Shown: positions 41,643 to 54,145 of the stretch, piece after piece
Position numbering within the stretch: position 1 is the first letter of the stretch
How the letters are laid out: the number at the start of each line of letters is the position of its first letter
NCBI RefSeq assembly: GCF_009914755.1
Contig: NC_060937.1
DNA length: 64,000 bases
From: the human T2T-CHM13v2.0 reference genome, Homo sapiens
Strand: one strand, 5' to 3'
The notes under the pieces: model-generated
Told to the model about the DNA's origin: nothing
Seen by the model: the letters and a program-made list of their open reading frames with translations, nothing else
The model's database searches: none
Made by a program: the position numbers and the translations under genes

Positions 41643-42230
41643 CTTTTAGGATTTAAAAAATTAAAGTAAAACAAAAACGTGGGCCTAGTGCAACTGGTCA
41701 GAACCCAGATCCTCTCACAGTGCTGATAGCCATGTAAATCTGCACATCTTTCTGGAAAAGTTAAAGAGCAAAAGACATCTATGTCTTTCACCCTGTATTC
41801 CTATCCCTAAAGTTCTTCCTAATGTTCCAAAACTGTGTGCCAATTGTGTGCCATTACCTGCAGCATTATCTATAACAGGTGAAAAAGTGCATACTACATA
41901 CTATGTAACAATAGGGGAAAGGTTTACTATGTGTAATAGTATGTAACTGCTGCAATAATCATGAAGGTCATGTAGAAATATGTGAATGATATACGTTGTG
42001 CTGAATTTTGATAGCAGACTAAAATGCCATGCACATTATAAATGTACTTAACGACTGTATGAATATTGACAAAAACTCAAAGTGAATATGTGCAAATAAA
42101 GATGGTTGCTTTAGAATGCGGGGCAGTTATGGGAGCTTTTCATTTAAAAAAATGCTTTTTTATAGTGCCTACACAAATATTTCTAGATTTTGAAAACCAG
42201 CAAGACTCTCTGTCATCCAAAGACTGTATT

Positions 42231-42242
42231 GCCATCTGGTGG
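42231..42242 (-). promoter_or_regulatory. Candidate CTCF site
   Basis: Minus strand CCACCAGATGGC fits the CCASYAGRKGGC core. Confidence 0.45.
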
Positions 42243-42774
42243 AAATGTCACAGGGTGCAGTCTAATGCAAATGGAGTATTTTTAGAAAAGGAAATGCAGA
42301 TGTTTCTCTTTGAAGTCACAAATCCGCTCCATTCCAGGAAATTGAGTTGAGTTTTCTTGGAGCCAAATTCCATGAAGAATATACATGAGCCTCCTTTGTT
42401 AAACTCAGAAGTGGCTGGAAACAGTCAAATCGAAATTCCATCAACCAAACTTTGTTGAGGGTTCTATAATTTTCATTTTAGCCTTTCAAAATGTGGAGTA
42501 CAACTATTCCAGGAATAAAATGATCAGAAGATCATAAAGGTGTCAGGTTAGGATAAACTCCAACTTGCTCTCCAGGGAAGAAGCCGCCAGCCTGGAAGCA
42601 AATGGTTACTCTTCTGTAATTCTTTCACTAGCTTTGCATACTTGATGTAGGTAGAGTCTATCTAGCTTGTTTATACAGCATGTAGACAACCTTCAGCAAA
42701 TGATTTTGATTAACTAATATGCGTTCTCCCAAATACGCAGCAAAGTAAGTTGTGGCACTATTTCTGTTCTATTT

Positions 42775-42912
42775 GTTTGCTTGTTTGTTTGTTTATAGAG
42801 ATATAGTCTCATGATGTTGCCCAGGCCAGACTCGAACTCCTAGGCTTAAGTGGTCCTCCTGCCTCAGCCTCCTGAATAGCTAGGATTAGAGACATGGCCA
42901 CCACCCAGCTCA
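42775..42912 (-). mobile_element. FLAM with (TTTG)n tail
   Basis: GTTGCCCAGGCCAGACTCGAACTCCTAGGCTTAAG. Confidence 0.8.
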
Positions 42913-43519
42913 GCACTATTTATTCATAAGAAAATTTAGAAAGTTTATACCTCCTATTTAGCCTCTTCTTTAATGTAGAACATTGAGGGTTTGCACAAGG
43001 AATATAGAAGAAATTATATTAATGTTATTTTGAAAAATAAAAAATTACATTTGTGCCTCTCACAAAGTTATGGGTTAGACTCTCAGTTTCATTAGTTCAA
43101 CTACAGTTACACTCTCGACTTTTTTAATTCTGGGTCTGGTCTTTTTCCAGGAGTGCCTTCTGGAAAGAGCTAGGAGCCTCTTCTGTCTCCCATCTTTCCC
43201 TGCAATCACCCACTCTCTCTCTCATCTGAATTACTGTCCTCCCCAGTCCCCACTTACTCTGTACACCACACCTAGACTAGTGATCACTTAGTAGGCACCA
43301 ACCTGGGTTAGAGCTTTATGAAGATGGTGACTGCATTTTTCTACTTCCTTATTTTCAGTGCCTTATTTTCAGTCAAGTATTTGTTGAATGAATCAATGCA
43401 GGCATGCAAGAAATACTATCCTGGTTCCAAATGTGTGTGGACCATCACTTGGGAAGGTGACTGGGTATCAACTCTGATCCTTGTCAGTGCTTTTGTGGAG
43501 TTACTAGTTATCTCCAATA

Positions 43520-43953
43520 CCCCTTCTCACCTTCATCCAGAGTAATAGAAATTTTGGCTGGGCTCCTAGCCCCCCACGATAGACTGCACTCCCTAGCCTC
43601 CCTTGCAGCCTGGATATGACCGTGAAACTAAATTACGGGCCATGGGAATGAGCAAAAAAAAAGTGAGGCGTGTAATTGTGTGCAATGACCGGCCTTAAAG
43701 GGTAAGGGGGTGCCCTTTCCCGCTTCCTGTGTGGGGGTGAGCATGGCATGGTGAACCATCTGGGACTCCTTGAAGGAGGGCAACAGAGTTTGGGGACAGA
43801 AAATCCCTGGCCTCAGATGACTCCACAGGCCAGACCTGTCCTGCCAGCACATCTTTGACATGAGCACATGAAACAGAAATAGACTTCTACCTTGCATAAG
43901 CCACTGTTATTTGGGGTCTTGACACACAGCTGAGCCCACATCCTGACTAATAC
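43520..43953 (+). mobile_element. MLT1 (J/K-like) LTR
   Basis: CCTAGCCTCCCTTGCAG...TAAGCCACTGTTATTTGGGG...CCTGACTAATACA terminus. Confidence 0.7.
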
Positions 43954-45108
43954 AAGGCGTGCACTGCCCAAGGTGTGGCTGCTCATCAGAAGTGAGGAGG
44001 CTTGCAGACTACTGTAGTCAGCCAGAGTGACAGCTGTTGGGGACTCACTGAGCATAAAACCCTCCCAGTAATATATGTAAAAAGGAACAACAGTCACTGC
44101 CTTAGACAGATCAAGACAAGATCTCTATACATTCATATCGTATGAATGTATAGAGACTAGAGGTCATTCTGCAGAATGCTGTGATCGCATGAGTCAGACA
44201 TACTGGCTTGGTCGGGGCAAAGGGACACATACTGCAAATAACTTTGAAGTTATTGTTTTTTAGTCCCCCCAAAATAGGTTCTTATTTAATTCATTTATTT
44301 CTGGCTCATTTCCCTATGCTTTACCTATATTTGTCCTTTGCTAAAGAATCTCTTGATAAATGTTCACCCAGTGCCCTTCCTGATTAATTTTCTCCAAGAA
44401 CATCATGTCCTTAATTCAACGGCCAAGGTTATCACTCCTCAAGATTCTTAACTCTCCAAAACTAAGATTTAATACAAACCTGCTAGAAATCAGCTGAGTG
44501 GTATCTCCCGGGTTTCCAAACCTCAGAGCCTCAGCTTCCTCCTGCATGCACTGGAAAGGATGAACACCCTCCCAGATCTGACTATCTAAGAGTCCAATAG
44601 CTCTAGGGTGCCTTCATCGAATATATTCTCTTTCATGCACTCTCTCTATTGTGCACTTCATAGATTTCTTCTTCAACATATATTGATGGTTTTCTCCTAC
44701 ACTGTAAATTAGCACAGCCATAAATATGAAAATGTATACAAGTTGAATACGTGAACCTGATAAAAAAAAAAAGTACACATTAAAATTTGTGCAAAATAAG
44801 CTATAAGCTTCTCTAGAAAGCTCTGTTAAAAAGGTCCATTATTCTCATGACTTATTAATGGTTTCTCTCTCTCCTCCTAGCCAGTGGTAGTGTTCTAGCA
44901 GAATTTCAAAACCTGCCTTTGTCTCCTCTTCAGCCTCCAGGAGAATAAATTTTGAAAGCGGCTTACCCCTTTCCTACCCAAAACTCTATAGACATCTGAC
45001 TATTCTGCAAATTAATAAGCAGGATTATCCCACAGATAATATAAGTGCTGTTTTAGGACCTAGATGCCTTAAATTGAATGTAAATAAATCTTTTCCTAAT
45101 GAACTTAC

Positions 45109-45168
45109 CTGGACCCGAGGGCTGCAGGCTGGACCCAGATACTGCGCAAACCAAGAATCAAGGACCAG
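45109..45168 (-). other. C1QTNF9B: Predicted upstream C1QTNF9B 5' UTR exon
   Basis: Consensus donor CAG|GTAAGT at 45109; possible acceptor TTTTATTTAG| at 45168. Confidence 0.6.
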
Positions 45169-45769
45169 CTAAATAAAATCAGCCTTCCTGCCATACAATT
45201 CCCCAGTGGATATGTCTGCAAAATAGCAGGAAGGGGAGGGAACAGAGGAAGGCCAAGATGTCTTCGAAGAGCTTCAAGAATTACGGCAACACTTAAATCA
45301 GGTAGCATCTTCTACCAGCACCACTTACTTTAGAAAAGTTAACTCCTTTTGAATGAAATGAGGGAATACTTTCAAGGGGAGTCTGAAGGAAGGAGTGCCC
45401 CAGGCAGGTTTCTTTTTCAAAGTGATGTTCATGCCTTTGCTTCAGTGCTTCTCCCTGACCTTGGGGTAATTATGGGCAACAGGACAAAACTGAAGGCTGC
45501 TAACAGTGGCTGGGTCTCATTTGGATCCCAGACCATTAGAATTCCTATCACTTAGATTTTCAGATGTGTGTGTCGTAATGCCTTACGAGTTTAGGCATTT
45601 GTGTAGGTAAGGATTCAGTGCCCATTCCCCTCTCACTCACAATCACACACTCCATCTAACGCGGAGAACGCGGTGCAACCATTTGTTCTATGCCAATCAT
45701 GGATTCACTTTCCTCGTGTTTAGTAGTAACATTTATCTAAAACTTATGAATAGCTTCTAGAGGACAGAG

Positions 45770-46660
45770 GAGCCCAGCCCGGTTTCCCCAGATGCCGCGG
45801 TGCACCGAGCAGGAGCAGAGGCCACGCGGGAGCCGGGTGTGCGGGTGGGTGCCGGCCGCGCCCCTGCTCGGAGGCGGCGACTCCCTCCCCCGCCTTACTC
45901 ACACCGTGCCTCAGTTTCCCCGTCAGTGCAGCGGACAAGACAATGCCGAGGTCCCAGGCGGGCGGCAGGATCCAATTAGTCCGTGTAAAATGAGAGGCAT
46001 CTGGCTTCTCCCGGGCACCCCGCAGCCTGCCCCGCCTCTTAGTGGCTAAAGGCAGGGAGCCCCTGAGTCCCAGCGCGGCTGGGGGCTCTCAGCAGTTCTG
46101 GCCGAGCTCCCTCCCGCCCGCGTCGCCTGGCCTCGAACCGCTGCACCGCGGGCGGCCCCGACGGGTTCCCGACCTCCCGCTGGGGACACCTGTCCCGCCG
46201 CCCGGCCCTTCCCCGCCTCCCGCGCCTCCGCCCCAGGGGAGCTCCGGGACAGGCCCACCTAGGCAGCCTGCCGGCGCAGACCCAGCGAGGGAAGGCCAGT
46301 CTCGGGCCTCCAACCGGACACGCGCTCCCCATTCCGGGCTCTCCCACGTCTGCACACTCCAGCCCAGCCACGCGGAGTGGCTTCCAGAACCTGCCCTGCG
46401 GCCCCGCTTTGCCAACACCCCACCCACCCCGTGGGCATGATCATCCTCACTGCAGGACCCTGCCGGGGCCTGGGGTCCGTGGGAAGCCGGCTCAGAAGTG
46501 AGACCCTGGCCCCCTGCTTACAGGGAAAAGGGCTCCATCCTCCGAGCGCTTCCTGACCACAGCGCCTCCAGCCTCCAGGGCTGGGCGGCCCAGGCTCAGC
46601 TGGGTTCACTCCAGCTTTGCCCCTCTCGCCCGTGCGGGGTAGGGGCGCGCTTGTTAGGTC
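45770..46660. promoter_or_regulatory. CpG island upstream of C1QTNF9B
   Basis: Dense CpG and GC boxes (CCCGCC); minus-strand donor-like GTGAGT at 45902; CTCF-like CCACTAAGAGGC on minus at 46034-46045. Confidence 0.8.
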
Positions 46661-47574
46661 ATCTCCCCACAACTCTCCTGGAAGAAAATGCCACCCCCAT
46701 CTCTTTCACTCCCTCCTATACATGGAGCCACCATGCTCTGCCCTGTGGGTTCTGGGGCTCGCCCCCTCCCCACCCTAGCGACCGCCCCTCCCCAGTGCAG
46801 CCCAAGGTCGGGGGGGGGAGCAGATCACTTTGGGAAGCAGGTGGATGTTAAGAAGAAACAAAAAGTGGGGAGTAACCACTTGGCAGCCTTCATAGGAATC
46901 CTTTTCTGATTACAGCCACAGCAAACCACGGGCTGTTGACTTAGCGTTTCTGAGCTGCTAATTAGAGAAGGAAATTCTATCTACTCACCCCCAAAGGGCA
47001 AGTGAACAGGGCCACTAGCACAGCTTTTGTGGCAGGGCCTAGCCTTTGGGGCAATCAGAGGGCACAGTCTGTTCTCTTTGCCTCCTCTCCATCAACCCTA
47101 GCAAAAGCCAGACCCGTCCCACTGCTCCCTTCCACATCCCTCTGACTCCAACACTGAGTCCACTGACATTTCTCAAGCCAAGCGGCCCTCCTAGGTTGCT
47201 CTCAGAGGCTTCCTTCTCCCACGCCTACCCAGTTAGATGGAGCTCTTGAATGGATTACCACACTTTTAACCACCTCTATATAAGATAACTGCTTTTTCAT
47301 CCCCAAATAAAAGTTTTATTGAATCTTAATGGTAAAATCTACTGTTTAGGGGGAACAGCAGATAACTCATCATACATTTTGGATGCAATTCTTTTGACTT
47401 TTTGAAAAACTGCTTTTAATAGGTGAACTATGTTTTTAGTTGTATAAGAAATTAAGAAAAAGACTGGAAAAAATAAAAGGAACTCTATGATCAGTAATAG
47501 AGTATTATACCATATCCAATGGTTATATGCTTTTCTACAATTATCCCAGTAACCTGAATGTAGAGTTATTTTAT

Positions 47575-47755
47575 TTATTATTATTATCATTTTAAGAGAT
47601 GTCTCGCTATGTTGCCCAAGTTGTAGTGCAGCTTAGATATTCACAGGTGCAATCATAGAGAATGGAGGCCTTTAACTCCTGACCTCAAGTGATTCTCCTG
47701 CCTCAGGCTCTTGAGTAGCTGGGACTACAGGTACATGCCATCACTCTCCGCCTGA
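47575..47755 (-). mobile_element. Old Alu monomer (FAM/FRAM-like)
   Basis: GTCTCGCTATGTTGCCCAAG...GAGTAGCTGGGACTACAGG. Confidence 0.75.
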
Positions 47756-48098
47756 TGCACAATTATAAAAAGGAATTAAACACTGCTGAGTTGGAGAAAA
47801 TTGACTGTGATATTTTCAGTTTAGTTCAAGAAATTTTCATACTATAGAACATACTGTCAATCATCAAGATTCTCTATTTTTTATTTTGTATAAAATAGGA
47901 TTGTAGCTTCATCACATTATTTTCTGACACTAATTGTTTTCTCTATCCCTTTTATGGCCTTATTAAAACCAATATAGAAATACATCTCTAAGGCAACTAT
48001 CAAGAACAACAGATTAGATAAAGGTATTCTGTGAAATAACCTTTGATTATAGTCACAACACATCAAGTTAAATTTTTAAAAATTTACATAATGCAATT

Positions 48099-48650
48099 GT
48101 GTCACGGTTTCCAAGAAGACCCCCAGGTTTGGTGAGTCACTAGAAGGACTCACAGGGCCTACCAAATAGTCATACTCAGGGCTTGGATTTATGACAAAGG
48201 ATACAAAGCAAAATTAGCAAAGGGAAAAAGTGTATTTGGTAAAATCTGGAGGAAATCAGGCACAAACTTCCAGGAGTCTTTTCCTGTGGAGGTACCAGGA
48301 TGTACTTAATTCCCTCAGCCTCAAAATTTGACAACACATGTGCAATGTTGTCTACCAGTACCAGAATCTCATTAGAGACTCAGCACTCAAGTTTTTATGG
48401 AGGCTAGTCACATAGGCTTCTCTCTCTCAAAGGTACTCAACTTCCAGACTCCCAGAAGGAAAGCAGCTATTCAGAGTAAACCGCATTGTTTATACAGTTT
48501 AGGACAGAGTGAACCACTCTTCTCAGTTAGGAAATAGTGGGGACTCTCCCAATTCCAAGGTCCCAAATGCCAGGCAGAGGCCAGCCATGCAAGCAGGCCT
48601 TTCTAAGGATGACAGTCTCATGCCCGCTTTATGAAATCTCTTCTGCACAG
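48099..48650 (-). mobile_element. ERVL-type LTR (MER21/MER77 group)
   Basis: AGACCCCCAGGTTTGGTGAGTCACTAGAAGGACTCACAGG...CAGACTCCCAGAAGGAAAGCAG...GCAAGCAGGCCTTTCTAAGGAT. Confidence 0.7.
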
Positions 48651-49142
48651 CAGTTATAGTCCCTACTTAATTTTTGTGGTTGTCTTTATATTTTATTTTA
48701 AATGCAAACAATATAATGATATAACACAGTACTGGTTTCAGTTGTTTGATCCATCTCAACTTGCAAGACTGGCTACCTTTTTGGCTTTTGTTGAATAACA
48801 GGTAGTTGTATGTAAGATACTATGGCAATATTAGGTAATTATAATTTTTCCTTATCTGATTAAACTTTCAATAAAATTGTTAGATAAAATAAGCATCATA
48901 ATTTCTAATTTAAAATTAAAATTGTCTTAAATGGATGGTCCAGTTTCAATTCATATTGTGTCAAATTTCTATTTTTAATTGCAAAATAAGAAAATATTTA
49001 ATCATTTTTATCAATTATTTTCTTGGCTAAATATTCAATTTAAATTATTTGCTTCACATATTTTTGTATACTTCAAATTTGGGAGATAATGCCCATATTC
49101 TGTTACTTTGACTTTTCATGATCTCCAGTTTTCAAGGTGTCA

Positions 49143-49542
49143 ATATTAGTCTGCTTTTCATTACCATAAAAAAAAACCCTGAGGCTTAGTAATTCAAAAA
49201 GAGACTTATTTGGCTCACTACTCTGAAGCCTGTACAAGCAAGGCACCAGCATCTGCCCAGCTTCTGGTGAGGCCTCAGGAAGCTTTATTCATGGCAGAAG
49301 GTGCAGGGGGAGCAGGTGCCTCACATGGCAAGAGAGTAAGAGAGAAGAGAGCAAGAGAGAGCTGCCAGGTTCTTTCAAAAAACCAGTTGGCATGAACTAC
49401 TGACTACTCCAGGGAGGGCACCAGGCCATTCATAAGGGTTCAGCCCCCATGACCAAAACAACTCCCATTAGGCTCCACCTCCAATACCAGGGATCATATT
49501 TCAACATGAGATGTGGAGGAGACAAACATCCAAACTGTATCA
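49143..49542 (-). mobile_element. MST (MSTB-like) MaLR LTR
   Basis: GCTTCTGGTGAGGCCTCAGGAAGCTT...CATGGCAGAAGG...ATTTCAACATGAGA...CATCCAAACTGTATCA. Confidence 0.85.
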
Positions 49543-50530
49543 GAGACTATATCTTACTATAACATATGGCAATGGCATAAATGTGTATTGCTATATCTTG
49601 TAATACTTTTTCTTCAGTAGCTTTTCATACGTTTTAGTTAATATAATTTTATTTTTATTAATGTCAATTTAACTTAAATCTGAAAATATTTCGATTTCAA
49701 ATTACATGTTGTTATGACCACTCAACTTTTAAAAGGCATCTACTTTTTATTAAGTAACAATCTGGGACAAATAGAGTGAATTTTACCAAAACCATATTTG
49801 ATTTATTTTTCCCACTGGTATACATAATTTACTATTATTACATATAATTTGCTTATAATTTTTATTTGAAGGCTCACTGACCATCATTTGGATAGAGCTT
49901 TGTCCAGCAATGATAAGTGTAGTTATCTGTGACCTTTTAGTCTGGCATCGGATCCTCATTTTCAGACAAATGAGGGGAGGTGGGATTCACATATAGTAGA
50001 AATGCCATAAGTAGGAGAGAGACTCATAGCAGCTGAGGTCAGGAGGTTACCTACAGGGCCTTAAAAGCCATTGGAATTTTTCTTTTATTCTGAGACAGGA
50101 ATCTATTGGAAAGATTTGGACAGGCAAGTGAATAACTGAGGACCCCTGAGGTTGATTTGAGCTCCTAATAAAAAAAGAGGAAAAAGAGGGAAACGTTCCT
50201 CAGTGTAGAATTGACCACTGCCAGCCTCACTCACATATCCACTGCTTTCTTGAGACTTCAGCAGGTTGTTAAGCATCGCCGAATTATCAGCAGATGACTG
50301 AATGGTGGGCTAAAACTGTCGTCTAGTAACAGAATATCTATTTGGCAGGAAGATAACACCTGCTGTGTCCTTAACTGGATTCAGTAATAAATAGGAATAT
50401 GTACACATGAGGAAAAGAAGGTGAATTGTGTATGAGGTGATATTTTTCCAAGTGTATGTTAGAGTTAGATATTATTGAAAATTTAATAATAAGGTGATTT
50501 ACAAAATCAGTAACAAAAATACTTTATCAG

Positions 50531-50991
50531 GTAGTTGTGAGACAACTTCAACAAGAAGTCGCTGTAACCCTAAAAAAACCATCTATGTCGGGCTGGGCAC
50601 GGTGGCTCACGCCTGTAATCACAGCACTTTGGGAGGCCAAGGTAGGCAGATTACGAGGTCAAGAGATTGAGACCATCCTGGCCAACATGGTGAAACCCCC
50701 GTCTCTACCAAAAATAAAAAAAAATTAGCCTGGCGTTGTGGCGTACGCCTGTAGTCCCAGCTACTCGGGAGGCTGAGGTAGGAGAATCACGTGAACTCGG
50801 GAGACAGAGGTTTGCAGCGAGCCGAGATCATGCCGCTGCACTCCAGCCTGGCGACAGAGTGAGACTCCATCTAAAAAAAATAAAATTAAAAAAAAAAACC
50901 ATCTATGTCAGAGACTTCCCTAGAGGTTACATTATGTGACCACATTAATTTAGAAAAAGGGACACAGGAGTTATTTCAAATCAGAAGTCAG
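50531..50991 (+). pseudogene. Fossil ANKRD26/ANKRD18/ANKRD20-family coiled-coil exon interrupted by an Alu (region of ANKRD20A19P)
   Basis: ttatcAG| then, with the Alu removed, VVVRQLQQEVAVTLKKPSMSETSLEVTLCDHINLEKGTQELFQIRSQ, similar to ANKRD26 VVVRQLQQELADTLKKQSMSEASLEV...; donor degraded to ATATGT. Confidence 0.8.
50591..50898 (+). mobile_element. AluSc-like inserted in the fossil ANKRD exon
   Basis: GAGGTCAAGAGATTGAGACCATCCTGGCC; TSD AAAAAAACCATCTATGTC. Confidence 0.92.
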
Positions 50992-51110
50992 ATATGTGTG
51001 AAATTTAACATGTTAAATTTAAGTTAATCTGTAGCTGGTTAAACAATATAAAGTGTTTTAAGATACTAATTTCAGAAGACAGCTTTCTTTTGTATCTTCA
51101 TTATAACTGA

Positions 51111-51440
<330 letters not shown>

Positions 51441-51939
51441 TATAACTGATTTTATTAAAATTTTAGTATCTTTATAGTGACTTTCATTATGCCTTTTTTC
51501 TTATAATTACATACATTTTTTTCTTATAATACCCCTAGAAAAGTTAAGAATTATGTATCATTCCTCACAAAAGTTGAGTGACTTTTTTTCCTGTTAAACA
51601 GTATGTTTAAGTGACTTCTTTATTGCCAGCATGAGGCAAGCCAGATTAAATCAGAGGAGAATGTTTCATGGAATGTTCCAGAAATTATCTTATTTTTATC
51701 TTCACTTTTGTGAATAGATATAGAATCTGTGCCTGTTTATTTCACGGATTTCGGGTTAACCATTACAGAAAGGCCATGATACTGTTCTTCAAAATGCAAA
51801 TGTTTTATGTTAATTTACAAACTGTTTGAAAAGTTGGACATTTCCTTTATTTAAAAAAATTTAAAATTGTAAAAGCATATTAATATTTAGATTATGTATT
51901 GTGTATACATTCAAAACAGAGAATTAAGAAACTTACCTG

Positions 51940-52135
51940 AGGCTAGGAGTGGAGGTGGGAGCCTATAGTCTCAGCAACTGAAGAGGCTGAGGTAGCAGGA
52001 TGACCTGAGCTCAGGGGGTTGAGGCTGCAGTGAGCCACAGTTGTGCCACTTTATTCCAGCCTGAGTGACAGAGTGAGATCCTGTCTCAAAAAAAAAAAAA
52101 AAAAGAAAGAAAGAAAAAGAAAGAAAGAAAGAAAA
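51940..52135 (+). mobile_element. Truncated AluJ/FRAM with (AAAG)n tail
   Basis: GAGGCTGCAGTGAGCC...CCTGTCTCAAAA(AAAG)n. Confidence 0.8.
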
Positions 52136-52159
52136 TTCTCTTAATCTTGCCATTAGATT

Positions 52160-52610
52160 TTTAAAAACAACTTTAGTGAGATATAAATCACATATACTGC
52201 TCACCCATTTAAAGTATACAACTAAGTGTATCTTAGTATACACACAGAGTTGTGTAAACTTCACCACAATCAATTCTAGTGCGTCTTCATCACCCTGAAA
52301 AGAAACCCTGCATCCTTACTTTTTGTCTCCACAGATTTGCCTGTTCTGGACATTTCATATAAATAGAGTCATTCCTTGACGACTGGCTTCTTTCTCTTAG
52401 CATAATGTTTTCAGAGTTCAATTGTACTGTGGCACGTATCAGTACTTCATTTTTTTTATTCTTGAATAATATTCTACTGTATGGCTATACCAGTTATTCA
52501 TTCATCACTTGATGGATGTTTAGGTTGTTTTCACTTTTTGGCTATTATTTTCAATGCTGCTATGAACATTCATTTACAAGTTATTGTATGGACATATGTT
52601 TGTATCTCCC
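52160..52610 (-). mobile_element. L1MB 3' end
   Basis: TCACCCATTTAAAGTATACA...GATTTGCCTGTTCTGGACATTTCATATAAAT...GCTGCTATGAACATTCAT. Confidence 0.85.
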
Positions 52611-54145
52611 TACCACTGGACTTTGTCCTCAGGGTTAATTGAGCTGATTTCACCATCTCTCTTCCCTATTCATGCTGTCTTTCCTGCTTTTTCAGTTTCT
52701 GTTCATTTAGCCTCATTCATTCAGATCTGCCACACAATATTTCTTGCTCTGACTGTTCTGAGTCTGACCTTATGCTTCAACACTTATTTTCTAGTCTGTG
52801 CAAAACAATTGCACCCTTAATTCTACATTGCTTTTAGTTTTTTTCATGGGAGATAATTTTATCTTACTGTAAATTTGCTTAAGAGGAGAATAATATGTGA
52901 AATACATGTCACTTACGTTTGTATAAATCAAAAATAGTTTAGCTTAACAGTTGTTAGAATACAATTAAATATTTATACCACACCGATATTTTCTTTTTTT
53001 GAGACATTGATGTAGTAAAGCTTTTATTTTGTGTATTTGAAGCAACTAAACACAAAATTAAGACCACTGAAGTCTTACAGAGAAAAATTGTTCAATCAAA
53101 TGCTCATGTTTTTTCACTATGAAAACAAACCTAAATTTGCCTTCTTTCATTGTGCAACCAGAACTGAGATTTATAGGTTGACACCACTTTACCATCTGAA
53201 AACCTCTGGCTGCAGCTTTTCTGAGATGCCACATAACATAACTTTCATCTGCTCATCAGCGTGCTTGTTAAAGCAGCCCAACATAGACAGTTGCTGCAAA
53301 TGAATTGATTTGCAAAACTTTGACTTAGCAATAGAGTCTGATATTTTCAGGTCAGTGGCTTTAGCCTGCCTCTGATTGTCATGTAAGTTATATACCACTC
53401 AATCCAGGAGGTGCTATTTGCATTGTAGCACATGGTCATTGCCCACTAAGTAGTACAGAGAGAAAAGTAATCTGTAAATTACTGTAAGTAGAAAAAGGCA
53501 CTGTTGTCTACTGGAACTGGTGAAGGTTCTATGAAGTACTGAAGATGTACTGGGCCTCATCCCATTTGCTGTAATTTTTAGTGGCATGAAGAATGATTCA
53601 GTGCAGGTATAGACCACTTTCATTGGCCATGTCACCAGAACATAAAATATAATAAAAATAATGATGCCAATAGCAAATATTATACGCACACATATGTATA
53701 GATAGCTCAGTACATGACACATATTCTTCTGGTACTTTACATATATCCCACCATTAAATCTTTCCAGCATCCCTGTGTAGTAGATACTATTTTCTTCATT
53801 TTATAGATTTTTATATAAATTTTTATATGTAATTCTATATTTACATATATATTTTCTAAAAGACACAGAAAGTTAATTTGCTCACGGTCATACAGCTATT
53901 AACTGCTGGAGCTGAGATTCAGACCGAGGCATTCTGGCTTTTGTGAAGATACTTCCTCTCAAACTATTCCATGAAACATCTGGTTGCCACCTAAAGCATC
54001 ACATTAATTTCTATAATTACTGGCATAGCCGGGGTCATTTACATCTGTAAATATTTAAAACTGTAGTTGAGGCCTCTTGATGTGAGGTGAAGGTGGAGGA
54101 GAAAACAGTTTGTGGGGGGAGCAATCAGTGAGCTGGAGCATGGTG

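Noticed and set aside
45744-46909. Cluster of 60-137 aa Pro/Gly/Arg-rich ORFs
   Set aside because: CpG-island composition artefact with no recognisable domain or exon chain
53030-53420. Coding-like segment, possibly an old DNA-transposon remnant or lncRNA exon
   Set aside because: I could not assign a family or splice pair with confidence; needs a Dfam/BLASTX search
54050-54145. Possible inverted 5' piece (twin priming) of the SET retrocopy
   Set aside because: Resemblance to the SET 5' region is too weak to claim
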